Source: Chlamydiia bacterium (lineage in GTDB: Bacteria > Chlamydiota > Chlamydiia > Chlamydiales > JAAKFR01). From it: a stretch of DNA of 56,959 bases. How positions within the stretch are numbered: position 1 is the first letter of the stretch; every line of letters starts with the position of its first letter. The position numbers were made by a program, and so were the translations under genes. Positions 28,280 to 37,456 of the stretch are shown in pieces. The stretch lies in contig JAGRNW010000001.1 in the NCBI GenBank assembly GCA_020440555.1, positions 1 through 56,959 of the forward strand. Direction: 5' to 3'. The notes beneath the pieces were generated by a model. That model was not told the DNA's origin. It was given only the letters and a program-made list of their open reading frames with translations, and did no database searches.

Positions 28280-30205
28280 TTAAAATTCATCTACCTTTAG
28301 TAATGAAAGGGGTTTAAATTCCCATCCCCCTCCATCGAAACTATAGTGATACCACTCGATAAAGTTAAGACGCAAGCCGTGAATCACCCCACCCATGATT
28401 GCCAGTGTGAGGTTGATCGTATGCCCAATCAGTATCACAAAAATCCCTAAATAAATCGGCATAGACATTCCTATTTCATCAAATGTCGAAGCCATGATCA
28501 ATCCAGCCAAAGAAAGCGCATAAATCCGTAAATAACTCATTACATCGGCAAAAACAGCGATCACGTGCATGACCTCCCCAAGCCCTCCTAATCTTTTTTG
28601 AACGATGCCGAGCACAAAAACAAGACCCAATCCCACCCAAATCATCACATATCCAATTTGAGCTCCCGAAGCAGGGGGAATTTCAAAGATATAGTGGATG
28701 AGCGATAATGCCTTCACCACAGAAGGAAAGTAAAGATAGGCACCTACCATAAAGGTCACCCAACCGATAGCTGCCCAATTTCGATCCATATAACGGAGAA
28801 ATGAAATGATCAGATGGAGGGTCCCGATAAAAATTGCAAGCTCGATTAAGACATTGTTTTCAAAATCGTGGAAGATGGGATAGACCACTTTTTTCTCTTT
28901 TTCAACTTTCACCATCGAAACAAATTCAAGGGGCGTCTTAGCTGTCTCAAGTTGAGGATATCTCTTGATCCACTCCTTGTAGTCAATACTGTTTTGGTGA
29001 TCCATCACATATTCAGCTTTCTTTTTGACCATCCAAGTGATTAATGAAACATCACGCCATTTGCTATCCGGAGCAAACTCAATTCCAACAAAGGAAGGAA
29101 TCATGATGCCCCAAACGATACAGCCCATGGAAAGATAGATCATCAATTTGATCACTCGCTGCGTCAGTCCACCAACCTTTCCAAATTTGTAATTGAGATA
29201 AAGACCTCCTAGAAAAAGCATCATTCCATATCCCGCATCTGCAATGATCATGGAAAAGAAAATAACAAATGAGAAAAAGACCCAGAGAGAGGGATCCCGA
29301 TCTGTTTTGGAAGGAGTATCATAGATGTTAACAAGATCTTCTCCCAAACGTCCAGCCCCCTTATTTTCGAGATAAGTGGGAATGCGGTCTTTCTTTTCAT
29401 GAGCGATCAATTCAATCGACACATGGCATTCATCGGCAATTTTGTTAACAAGAGGAATTTTATTTTTTGGAATCCAGGTTTGAGCAGCAAAAAGATCTCC
29501 CTCGAGATAAAGATCAACACGACTTTTTGCTTGATTCAGGTGATGGCGGTTGAGCGCTTCAGCAAGTCCTCTTTTTAATTCCTTCATGTGATGCGAAAGT
29601 TCAGCCAGCTCATCATGATATTCATCAATCTGACGCATTACGGCCGCCATTTCTTCTCGAAGCTCTGCAAGGGACTGTTCTATCTTCATTTCAATCAATC
29701 CATCGTAAAAAGTGGGCTCTTTATTAATTGAAATGAAATAATGGATTCCATTATTCATTCCAATATAGATCACCTCTTCCCGTTTGATTGCTTCAATCTC
29801 TTCAATTTTTTTTGCAAAGAAAAACTGAATCGTTCTTCCAGAGAGTTTTTCTACAGCGTAAAGATCAGGAAGAGAAAACTCCCCAAAGATCTCAACCTGT
29901 GAAATTTCTTTTTGAATCACTCGCCGCTTTTCCAAGGAACGCTCCAGTCCCTCATTTTGCTCCACAATATGACGAGCTAAAACAATAGGAGAACGCCAAT
30001 CATGGGCTTTAACTTGCTTAACCGGAACCATGGACCGAAGCACATGGAGAGCCTCTAAGTAGGTTTGAACCTCTAAAGGACATTCCTTCGATTCGAAACG
30101 GGGAGCAACCACTTGGACGCATCCCAAATGTTGCAATTTGGAAAAAAACTCATCTTTGCGACTTCTGGGGCCGTAGGTCAAACATTTCATTACATCAATT
30201 CTCAT
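28280..30205 (-). CDS. atpI: V-type ATP synthase subunit I (a-subunit homolog)
   Basis: 641 aa: an N-terminal soluble coiled-coil half and a C-terminal multi-TM half with the conserved SYLR.YAL arginine motif (MSYLRIYALSLAG). Confidence 0.9.
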   Translation of the reverse strand: MRIDVMKCLTYGPRSRKDEFFSKLQHLGCVQVVAPRFESKECPLEVQTYLEALHVLRSMVPVKQVKAHDWRSPIVLARHIVEQNEGLERSLEKRRVIQKEISQVEIFGEFSLPDLYAVEKLSGRTIQFFFAKKIEEIEAIKREEVIYIGMNNGIHYFISINKEPTFYDGLIEMKIEQSLAELREEMAAVMRQIDEYHDELAELSHHMKELKRGLAEALNRHHLNQAKSRVDLYLEGDLFAAQTWIPKNKIPLVNKIADECHVSIELIAHEKKDRIPTYLENKGAGRLGEDLVNIYDTPSKTDRDPSLWVFFSFVIFFSMIIADAGYGMMLFLGGLYLNYKFGKVGGLTQRVIKLMIYLSMGCIVWGIMIPSFVGIEFAPDSKWRDVSLITWMVKKKAEYVMDHQNSIDYKEWIKRYPQLETAKTPLEFVSMVKVEKEKKVVYPIFHDFENNVLIELAIFIGTLHLIISFLRYMDRNWAAIGWVTFMVGAYLYFPSVVKALSLIHYIFEIPPASGAQIGYVMIWVGLGLVFVLGIVQKRLGGLGEVMHVIAVFADVMSYLRIYALSLAGLIMASTFDEIGMSMPIYLGIFVILIGHTINLTLAIMGGVIHGLRLNFIEWYHYSFDGGGWEFKPLSLLKVDEF

Positions 30206-30836
30206 GCGAGAGTCCTCCTTTTTTTTTGGCTAGAAGCTTTCTCTCAAGAATTTTTGTTTTTGCCACTTTTGCTTGCCCCACCGCAGCCAGTTCTTGATCT
30301 CCTAAAAAAACTTTAATTTTCTTAATATTGGTCTTCGACCTTGGAATTAAGTTTTTCTCAAATAGGTTGACTCGTATTGAGACCTGCCTAAGCTCTCTTT
30401 CGAGAGCTTCTTTTTTCTCCTCAGCAATCACAAGACGCGCTTTGGCTGTTGCCACATCCCTTAATTGCTTCACCATCCCATCAAGCCAGGGAGGAGTAGA
30501 AAAAAGAGAGTATTCAAAGGGAACAAACACTACACGGTCAAGAAGAGGGATCTCGACCCCCGCTACATTTTCATAGTTCCTTTCAATCTCACTCACACGA
30601 GCGGCATCTTGAAACTTAACTCCAATAGGTTCGCTTAGCAAGCCCGCAGAACGCGAGGCTACAAGACGAATTTGGTGAAAATCCTCTTCGAGATTCTCAA
30701 TTTCTATACGAACATCGTTGACCTCAGACTGAAGCATCGCTTTTTTAAGTTGAAGCGTTGGGAGGTATTTTTCTAATTGCTTCAAACGAGTTCTTTGGGC
30801 ACGTAATGCATTTTTTGTGAGTTTAACCTCAGACAT
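30195..30836 (-). CDS. atpD: V-type ATP synthase subunit D
   Basis: 213-aa coiled-coil protein starting ..KLTKNAL...R..LKQLEKYLPTLQLKK, typical of V/A-type D. Sits between B and I. Confidence 0.9.
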   Translation of the reverse strand: MSEVKLTKNALRAQRTRLKQLEKYLPTLQLKKAMLQSEVNDVRIEIENLEEDFHQIRLVASRSAGLLSEPIGVKFQDAARVSEIERNYENVAGVEIPLLDRVVFVPFEYSLFSTPPWLDGMVKQLRDVATAKARLVIAEEKKEALERELRQVSIRVNLFEKNLIPRSKTNIKKIKVFLGDQELAAVGQAKVAKTKILERKLLAKKKGGLSHEN

Positions 30837-30841
30837 CCCTT

Positions 30842-32140
30842 CTATCCCGGCCAGAATTTATCAATGAGACTTTGTTTGATCCCTATCTCTTGTCGAGTGA
30901 AACACTCAGCCAAAATTTGCCAACCAAGGTCAAGCGCATCCTCTAAAGCAAGATTGATCTCCAAATTCATCATCTTGTCTTCAAATTGTTCCGAGTAAGC
31001 CAAGAGTTTTTCGTCCCATCTAGAAATTTTAAAGCCCATCGATTGTCGTTCTTTAGCCTTTTTTGAGTCAGCATAAAGACGGATCATTCCATTGGCTATA
31101 TCACCATGATCCTCTCGTGTGGCCTTTCCAATCACAAGCTGTTTTAAACGGGAAAGAGAGCCGAATGGATCGATAAATCCACCGTGGAGATAGAATTGCC
31201 CTTCGGTGATATAGCCTGTGTTATCAGGAATTGGATGGGTCACATCGTCTCCAGGCATGGTGGTCACACTGATGATTGTGATCGACCCTCCTCCTTCAAT
31301 ATCAACAGCTTTTTCATAACGAGAAGCGAGATCTGAGTAGAGGGAGCCCGGATACCCTCGGTTTGAAGGGACCTGGTCCATGGTGATGGAAATCTCTTTC
31401 ATTGCATCGGCAAAGGCTGTCATGTCTGTGAGCAAAACAAGAACATCCTTACCTGATATGGCAAATTGCTCTGCGCAGGCGAGAGCCATATCAGGGGTCA
31501 GCATACATTCGACCGCTGGATCCGTGGCCCGATGAATAAACATGACTGTTTTTTCTGCTGATCCTGATTGTTCTGCATTATCAATAAAAGCTTGGTAGTC
31601 GGCAAAGGTCAGCCCCATCCCCCCAATCATCACCACATCGGCATCTGTTTGATTAGCTATTCGCATGAGGAGAGGGTTGTAGGGTTCTCCAGCAATAGAA
31701 AAAATCGGAATTTTTTGCGACTTAACTAAACAATTGAAGACATCGATCATCGGAATATTGGTCCTCACTTGTTTGGAAGGGATGATTCGTTTCACTGGAT
31801 TGAAAGAGGGTTGCGCAATAGGAATATGTTCACCAATAATTTGAGGTCCACCATCAATTGGGATACCCGCCCCATTTAAGCGACGTCCCAAAAGGGTCTC
31901 TCCATAGATTGCCTCTATCTGTCTGCCGAGAAAAATAACTTGATCTCCTGTTGAAATTCCTCGTGTTCCCCCAAAGACCTGAAGGGTGACTTGATCCCCC
32001 TCAAAGCGAAGAACTGAAGCATAGGTAACTCCTCCGTCCCCCTTTTCAATCCGGGCAAGCTCTCCAAGCTTGACACCCACAGCAGTCACCGTAATCAGGT
32101 TTCCCCGCATGTCGTTGATCCTGTCGTGTATCTTCTTCAT
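30842..32140 (-). CDS. atpB: V-type ATP synthase subunit B (non-catalytic)
   Basis: A/V-type B subunit fold motifs ([34 protein letters not shown]) without a canonical P-loop. Confidence 0.95.
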   Translation of the reverse strand: MKKIHDRINDMRGNLITVTAVGVKLGELARIEKGDGGVTYASVLRFEGDQVTLQVFGGTRGISTGDQVIFLGRQIEAIYGETLLGRRLNGAGIPIDGGPQIIGEHIPIAQPSFNPVKRIIPSKQVRTNIPMIDVFNCLVKSQKIPIFSIAGEPYNPLLMRIANQTDADVVMIGGMGLTFADYQAFIDNAEQSGSAEKTVMFIHRATDPAVECMLTPDMALACAEQFAISGKDVLVLLTDMTAFADAMKEISITMDQVPSNRGYPGSLYSDLASRYEKAVDIEGGGSITIISVTTMPGDDVTHPIPDNTGYITEGQFYLHGGFIDPFGSLSRLKQLVIGKATREDHGDIANGMIRLYADSKKAKERQSMGFKISRWDEKLLAYSEQFEDKMMNLEINLALEDALDLGWQILAECFTRQEIGIKQSLIDKFWPG

Positions 32141-32141
32141 G

Positions 32142-33896
32142 TTATAATTTCCTTGCAGTTTCTATGAGCTCTTCCACTTCATTGAAGCTCTTTTTATACT
32201 CTTCTGTCTCTCCAGGAATTGAGTTCATACTCTTGATCTTACTTTGCAGATTCAAAAAGAAATCACGCGCACGATCATGAGAAGAAAATTCAAAGGGAGT
32301 TTCAAAAATATGATTCATAAGCCTGAAAAGAGGAATTTGTCTTTCAAGAGGACAGTAGGCATCCACAGGATCGAAAGCATTTTGTTGGAGATAACAAAAA
32401 TCGTAAAGTTCAGCCTTAAGATGAATCACCATATCGCTGATCGCAGTCCCTTCCTCTCCCACCACTTCCATCCGTTTGCCAATTTCATCCCCCTCTCGTA
32501 AAAACCAGTCAGCCCTTTTGACCATCTCTCCCCATCCAGCCACCCGATCCCCCAATGCTTTTCCCACACTGCCTACGTACTTTGACCATGAAATAAGAGT
32601 ATTGATAGAAGGGTAACGCCGAGCGTCTGAACGAGCTTTTGAAAGTCCGCAAAAAGCTCCTACCACTGAAAGAGTCGCTTGAGTGACTGGTTCTTCAAAG
32701 CTTCCTCCAGCAGGAGAAACAGCTCCCCCAATTGTAACCGATCCCAGCTTCCCATTTTTAAGGGAAACAACGCCGCCTCTTTCATAAAATGCGGCTATGC
32801 GGGAGGAAAGATAGGCCGGAAAAGCCTCTTCTCCAGGAATCTCCTCCAATCGTCCCGACATTTCACGAAGAGCTTGAGCCCAACGAGAGGTCGAATCGGC
32901 AAGAAGCAACACATCAAGTCCCATTTGACGATAATACTCAGCAATCGTCATTCCCATATAAATAGAAGATTCTCGCGCAGCAACTGGCATTGAAGACGTA
33001 TTACAAATGATAGTTGTCCGTTGAATCAAAGGTTCATTTGTATGAGGATCAATCAGTTCTGGGAATTCACGAAGTAATTCAACCACTTCTCCCGCCCGTT
33101 CTCCACAAGCTGTCACCACCACAATGTCTACTGAAGCATACTTTGAAAGATGATGTTGAATCACTGTTTTTCCCGCCCCAAAGGGACCCGGTGTACAAAA
33201 TGTTCCTCCCTTAAGAATAGGAACCTGAGTATCCAACACTCTTAATCCCGTATCCATCATTTTAAAAGCTTTAATTTTTTCTCCTTGAAAAAGAGGCATC
33301 TTTACAGGCCACTTTTGTATCATGGTAAACTCTAACTGTTCTCCTTTCTCATTTTTTCCCTTAGCTACAATCGTATCGGCTGTATACCTCCCCGGAGCGA
33401 TAGTCCAAGTAATTGTCACCTTTCCAAATTGCAAAAAAGGGAGCATGATCTTGTGGGTAAATCTCCCCTCCATGGTTGTTCCAAGGGTATCTCCTCTCTC
33501 AAGAATGTCTCCCACGTGGACAACCGGCACATAATCCCATTCGACTGTTTTATCAATAGCTGGAACATAAACGCCCCTAGGTAAAAAATAACCCGAATAC
33601 TTTGCTAAATCTTCTAGACGATTCTGCAATCCATCAAAAATGGAAGTCAGAAGCCCCGGTCCAAGTTCAGCTTCCAGCAAATCTGTAGTGAAAGAAACAG
33701 GAGTCCCTAGCTTCACCCCACGAGTATCTTCAAAAACCTGGAGCTTCACTTCATCTCCTGCAATTTCAATCACTTCAGCTTTGAGGTTGATCCCATCAAG
33801 TTCTACCATTGCCACCTCGCCCTGTCGGACGCTCCCCTCAAACTTGACCTGCAATAAATTTCCAAAAGCCCGCACGACTTGACCTGTAGCACTCAT
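32142..33896 (-). CDS. atpA: V-type ATP synthase subunit A (catalytic)
   Basis: Walker A GPFGAGKT, the non-homologous insert typical of A subunits, and [14 protein letters not shown]. Confidence 0.95.
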   Translation of the reverse strand: MSATGQVVRAFGNLLQVKFEGSVRQGEVAMVELDGINLKAEVIEIAGDEVKLQVFEDTRGVKLGTPVSFTTDLLEAELGPGLLTSIFDGLQNRLEDLAKYSGYFLPRGVYVPAIDKTVEWDYVPVVHVGDILERGDTLGTTMEGRFTHKIMLPFLQFGKVTITWTIAPGRYTADTIVAKGKNEKGEQLEFTMIQKWPVKMPLFQGEKIKAFKMMDTGLRVLDTQVPILKGGTFCTPGPFGAGKTVIQHHLSKYASVDIVVVTACGERAGEVVELLREFPELIDPHTNEPLIQRTTIICNTSSMPVAARESSIYMGMTIAEYYRQMGLDVLLLADSTSRWAQALREMSGRLEEIPGEEAFPAYLSSRIAAFYERGGVVSLKNGKLGSVTIGGAVSPAGGSFEEPVTQATLSVVGAFCGLSKARSDARRYPSINTLISWSKYVGSVGKALGDRVAGWGEMVKRADWFLREGDEIGKRMEVVGEEGTAISDMVIHLKAELYDFCYLQQNAFDPVDAYCPLERQIPLFRLMNHIFETPFEFSSHDRARDFFLNLQSKIKSMNSIPGETEEYKKSFNEVEELIETARKL

Positions 33897-34687
33897 TTAA
33901 CTTCCCTCACAATATCGTCTATTATTTCCACCCCCATTTGTATGTCCAATTCAATCCATTTTTCTACCAAAAGAAGACGAGCTATATAACCTAGAATTCT
34001 ATCAATAGAAAAAATGGCTGACCCACACAACTCCACATATTTTGCAAATCGATACTTTAGGCAGGCTTTATGGAGCTCAATCGGATGATCTCCATAGTCA
34101 TCAAAAATGAATTTCGTTTCATGATATTCAAAAGGTGGCTCATACCCTTTAGAATCTTTTTGAGCAAGTATTTGGGCAACAATCGAATCCGTTGAGTCTT
34201 CGTATTGCAATTCAACACTCAATTTTCTTCCCAATTTCTTCGCACGAAATCCAATAAGTATCAGACGAAATTCTTTTTCAAACTGAAAAAGCTCCTGCAA
34301 AAAGCCTTCTTCTTTCTCAAGCTGCTCTTGAAGAAATCGACTAACCAAAATAAAATAATTTTTAGCCCTTTCTTCATTTTTTTGATATTTGCCAAGGTAA
34401 TCTACTAAATAGTCAGGAAAATCCTGACCATCAGGCCATCCTAGATCAATTAATGCTTGTTCAAGCTCTATTTTTGTAAAATTTCCCCGTTTGTCAAACA
34501 CATCTCCCACCCAAAGGGCTCGTAGATTGTCGTAATCAAAGATATGTAAAAACTTTTTTGTTTTAGCAAGATCTTTCTTGTTGAGATTGGCAATCAGTAG
34601 AGGTTTTAAAGCAGCATAACCGAGTCCAGGTACATGTCCTATTTGAAGCTCAGGAAGCAGTGATGCAAGAAAATAGTATTCGGTCAT
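33893..34687 (-). CDS. DUF2764-like protein of bacterial V-ATPase operons (possible C/d-subunit substitute)
   Basis: The N-terminus MTEYYFLASLLPEL matches the YYYL.SSLP.L start I recall for DUF2764. The gene sits between E and A as in chlamydial V-ATPase operons. Recalled, not searched. Confidence 0.6.
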   Translation of the reverse strand: MTEYYFLASLLPELQIGHVPGLGYAALKPLLIANLNKKDLAKTKKFLHIFDYDNLRALWVGDVFDKRGNFTKIELEQALIDLGWPDGQDFPDYLVDYLGKYQKNEERAKNYFILVSRFLQEQLEKEEGFLQELFQFEKEFRLILIGFRAKKLGRKLSVELQYEDSTDSIVAQILAQKDSKGYEPPFEYHETKFIFDDYGDHPIELHKACLKYRFAKYVELCGSAIFSIDRILGYIARLLLVEKWIELDIQMGVEIIDDIVREVK

Positions 34688-34694
34688 CTAGCCT

Positions 34695-35331
34695 CTAAGA
34701 GATTGGTTCTGATGGTTTAAAGCCAAAAAGAACTTCTCTAAAATCTTTCCGCAAAAAAGCTCCCATGATCTCTTTTAAAGCCTCAGAAGAAAGATCTAAA
34801 GTGAGTTTTTGATCATGAAGCTTTAACTTAACTCCCCCAATAAAATCACCGACTACGACTCCTTTTTCTCGCAATTTCTTTAAAACAACATCTCCCAACT
34901 GAGCATTGATCTCTTCTTTTTTCACCGTTTTAGCAACTACCACAGAAAAATCGGCATTTGTTCCCTCTCTTTCAATAGCAGAGATAAGAGCTGAAATGAG
35001 CTTAGCCCCTACCCCATGATCTTGCAAATTGTCAGTCACCCATTTCTCGATAGCTTCATTAAAAAGTTTATGTTCAATGTCTTGCCTGAGAGTTTCCAAC
35101 CCCTGTCTGCAGGCTTGATCGAAACAAGGCTTTTTCTTTTTCCAATTTCTCCATAGTTTGGGAATAAATTTTCTTTCCCTGTTGTTCAGCTTGTCGAATG
35201 ATATTTTGAGCCTCTGCTTGCGCCATTTCAATCACCTTTTGCGCTTCCTCTTTAGCTGGCTCCAAAGTCTCTGTTCTAAGAATTTCGCAGATTTTTTTAA
35301 TTTTATCTTTGCCTGTTTCCAAATTCTCCAT
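34695..35331 (-). pseudogene. atpE: V-type ATP synthase subunit E, interrupted by a +1 frame change (two ORFs: 35074-35331 and 34695-35231)
   Basis: The 85-aa ORF is an E-subunit N-terminal helix (MENLETGKDKIKKICEILRTETLEPAKEEAQ...). The 178-aa ORF from FDQACRQGLETL onward is the E-subunit C-terminal domain (..GGVKLKLHDQKLTLDLSSEALKEIMGAFLRKDFRE). Joining them at ...EKEKALF|DQAC... gives about 211 aa. As written, the two halves are in different frames. Confidence 0.75.
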
Positions 35332-35447
35332 TATTGTAGACCTCTTGATGATTGATCATCTATTGTATTGAATTTGCTCTTGCTCGACGATAGGGTCGCT
35401 TAGCGAGGCATTTTTTTCAAGGCTTTTTTCTCTTGAGGAGGTGTTAC

Positions 35448-35957
35448 ATGAACAAGAAATCACTTTTAACTAAATGCTTTTTTTTAGCACTTTTTTTGAT
35501 CTCTCCCATCTTTGCAAACGATTCATTTCATCTCAACTTACCAAAGGAGTGGAAAAAGATTAGTGATGCTTCACAACTTCCAAATAAAGTTGTAGCCCTC
35601 TATGTAGGGAAAAAACGCGGACAGTTCACTCCCTCAGTCAACTTGGCCCGAGAAACAACTGAGCTTGATGGAGCAGCTTATGCAAAGCTTGCTAAAAACT
35701 ATCATGAAAATCTTCCCGACACCACCTGTCGTCCCCTTGGACATATAGAAATCGCAGAAAATGTAACAAATCTTTTGCAAATAGACAAAGAAACAGCCTG
35801 GGGAGGTCTTCGTTTTTTACAAGCGACACTTGTTAGCAATGGAACAGCTTATGTCATCACAGCAACAGCGCAGGTTTCCGAATATGCGAGCCTCTACCCT
35901 CTATTTTACGAGGCAATTAAAACATTTCATCCACCCACCAGTTCTGACAAGCAATGA
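35448..35957 (+). CDS. hypothetical secreted protein
   Basis: ATG at 35448 preceded by GAGGAGG. Signal peptide MNKKSLLTKCFFLALFLISPIFA. The mature ~145-aa domain has no motif I can name; weak impression of a PsbP/DUF1795-like fold. Confidence 0.6.
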   Translation: MNKKSLLTKCFFLALFLISPIFANDSFHLNLPKEWKKISDASQLPNKVVALYVGKKRGQFTPSVNLARETTELDGAAYAKLAKNYHENLPDTTCRPLGHIEIAENVTNLLQIDKETAWGGLRFLQATLVSNGTAYVITATAQVSEYASLYPLFYEAIKTFHPPTSSDKQ

Positions 35958-36054
35958 AAACTTTGGCAAAAAATAAGAGAAATTGATTGTTTCATATTTA
36001 AACATTTGTTATTTCTTGAGTAGAACCTATTTTCTTCAATTTAGGAGTTAATCG

Positions 36055-36420
36055 ATGAACACTAAATTAATTGCTCTTGGAACGCTGCTTTTCACACTCT
36101 GTGGAGTGTTTTCTGGCAATCATACACTTCTTGCTCAGAATTATTTACATGGGCACGAAACTCAATGTGATCATGAAGTATGTCCAAGTCAATGCAACCC
36201 CTGCCAAACCCCTTGTGATTATCCCTGCACTAACTGTCCACCTGTGTGCGAACCTTGCGCTCCTTGTCCTCCGTGCGATCCTTGCGATCCCTGCGCTCCT
36301 GTGTGCGGAACTTCATGTGGTATCTCATGTTGTGCGATTGGAATAGGGATTGCAGCTGTTGCAGCAGCCGCAGCGATTATCATCGCCTCAGGTGATGGTG
36401 ATTCTGGTCATGCTCACTAA
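36055..36420 (+). CDS. small Cys/Pro-rich exported protein with a C-terminal membrane anchor
   Basis: AGGAG RBS. N-terminal signal sequence, 17 Cys and 13 Pro in residues 38-93 (CxPC/CxxC periodicity), then an Ala/Ile/Gly-rich TM helix (AIGIGIAAVAAAAAIIIA) and a short acidic/His tail. Confidence 0.65.
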   Translation: MNTKLIALGTLLFTLCGVFSGNHTLLAQNYLHGHETQCDHEVCPSQCNPCQTPCDYPCTNCPPVCEPCAPCPPCDPCDPCAPVCGTSCGISCCAIGIGIAAVAAAAAIIIASGDGDSGHAH

Positions 36421-36440
36421 ATGCAAAGCTTAGTCGTCAT

Positions 36441-36905
36441 GTGTGTTTTGTTTTCTTTCGAAGATGGGTGGTTTTTTTCTTTTTTTTATTTCTATCCTCT
36501 TGCAACAAATGGTGTGGATGGAACTATCAATCGATCGAATGCGGCACCGCCACGTGCTATAGTCTGTCCCATTCACCAACAAATTTAATCAATCATCTTT
36601 CCATTGATTTTCAAAAAGGATGCTATGGTCGTTTAGGATATATCAGTGTGGGAGGAGGAAAAATTCCCCGTTCGCAAGAGTATCCAGAATATACCCCCAT
36701 TACCCTATATATCGGTGGCCAGAACCGATCTTTCTATGGATATTTAGAACAAGGGGATCAACGCATCCAACTTCCTAATGAAGCTACAGATATGATATTC
36801 AATGCATTAGAAAATGGAAATCGCGTAGGGATTGCAATCACAGAACGCTATTCAGTGTTCGAACCAGAAGACTTTTGTCACTATGCTGCTATCCTAAAAA
36901 AATGA
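36441..36905 (+). CDS. hypothetical lipoprotein
   Basis: GTG start, Arg-Arg n-region, a Phe-rich h-region and lipobox LSSC. No recognisable domain and no clear RBS, so the start is uncertain. Confidence 0.5.
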   Translation: MCFVFFRRWVVFFFFLFLSSCNKWCGWNYQSIECGTATCYSLSHSPTNLINHLSIDFQKGCYGRLGYISVGGGKIPRSQEYPEYTPITLYIGGQNRSFYGYLEQGDQRIQLPNEATDMIFNALENGNRVGIAITERYSVFEPEDFCHYAAILKK

Positions 36906-36933
36906 ATTAGAATGAATAGCGTCCTTTTTTTTA

Positions 36934-37368
36934 TTAATTTGTATCCGTAATTTTGGACAAACAAGAAGAGGTTAAACAAATTGCTGCGGGAATATCCTCA
37001 AGAGGTTCTATACGAAAGGCTATCACACTCTTCTTGCCTCCAATACTTAACTCTATCACCGAGCTCAAGCGAGTAAGAAGAATATTAAACGGGACTTGTA
37101 CATGATGACTCCCTACATCAATGGCAATGGCTGTACTTCCCAAAATTTCTTTCGAAGCATGAATCTGGCGACACAACGCCTCAAATTGTCTCAGCTGTCT
37201 CAGCAGCTTCTTATCATCAAAAGAATATCTTTTTCCGCACTCTGAGCAACTAATAACATCGCTAAATTCTTGAACATCAAGAACTGAAAACAAAATCGGA
37301 GAGCCACATGCCTGACAATTAAACTGTAATCGATGGCCAACTTGTATCATAATGAGGGTGATTTTCAC
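36934..37368 (-). CDS. hypothetical zinc-ribbon protein
   Basis: CQAC-x20-CSEC four-Cys zinc-ribbon near the N-terminus. The start is ambiguous: GTG at 37368 or the ATG 6 codons downstream. Confidence 0.55.
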   Translation of the reverse strand: MKITLIMIQVGHRLQFNCQACGSPILFSVLDVQEFSDVISCSECGKRYSFDDKKLLRQLRQFEALCRQIHASKEILGSTAIAIDVGSHHVQVPFNILLTRLSSVIELSIGGKKSVIAFRIEPLEDIPAAICLTSSCLSKITDTN

Positions 37369-37456
37369 CTATCTAATCATTTGCATCAATCAAAAAAACT
37401 CCTTCCCCTAGATATTAACTAATGCTAAGATGAATCATAAGGAAGGAGTTATTGTT

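Noticed and set aside
34695-35331. Reading the two overlapping atpE ORFs as two genuine, separately translated genes.
   Set aside because: Each ORF carries only half of a V-type E subunit, and the overlap segments are junk in the non-homologous frame. The lower ORF would have to start at a TTG with no RBS. A single interrupted gene explains the data better.
37430-37456. Upstream ATG for transaldolase (MNHKEGVIV extension).
   Set aside because: The AAGGAAGGAG Shine-Dalgarno sequence lies inside this extension, 8 nt before the second ATG, which also matches the TalB N-terminus.
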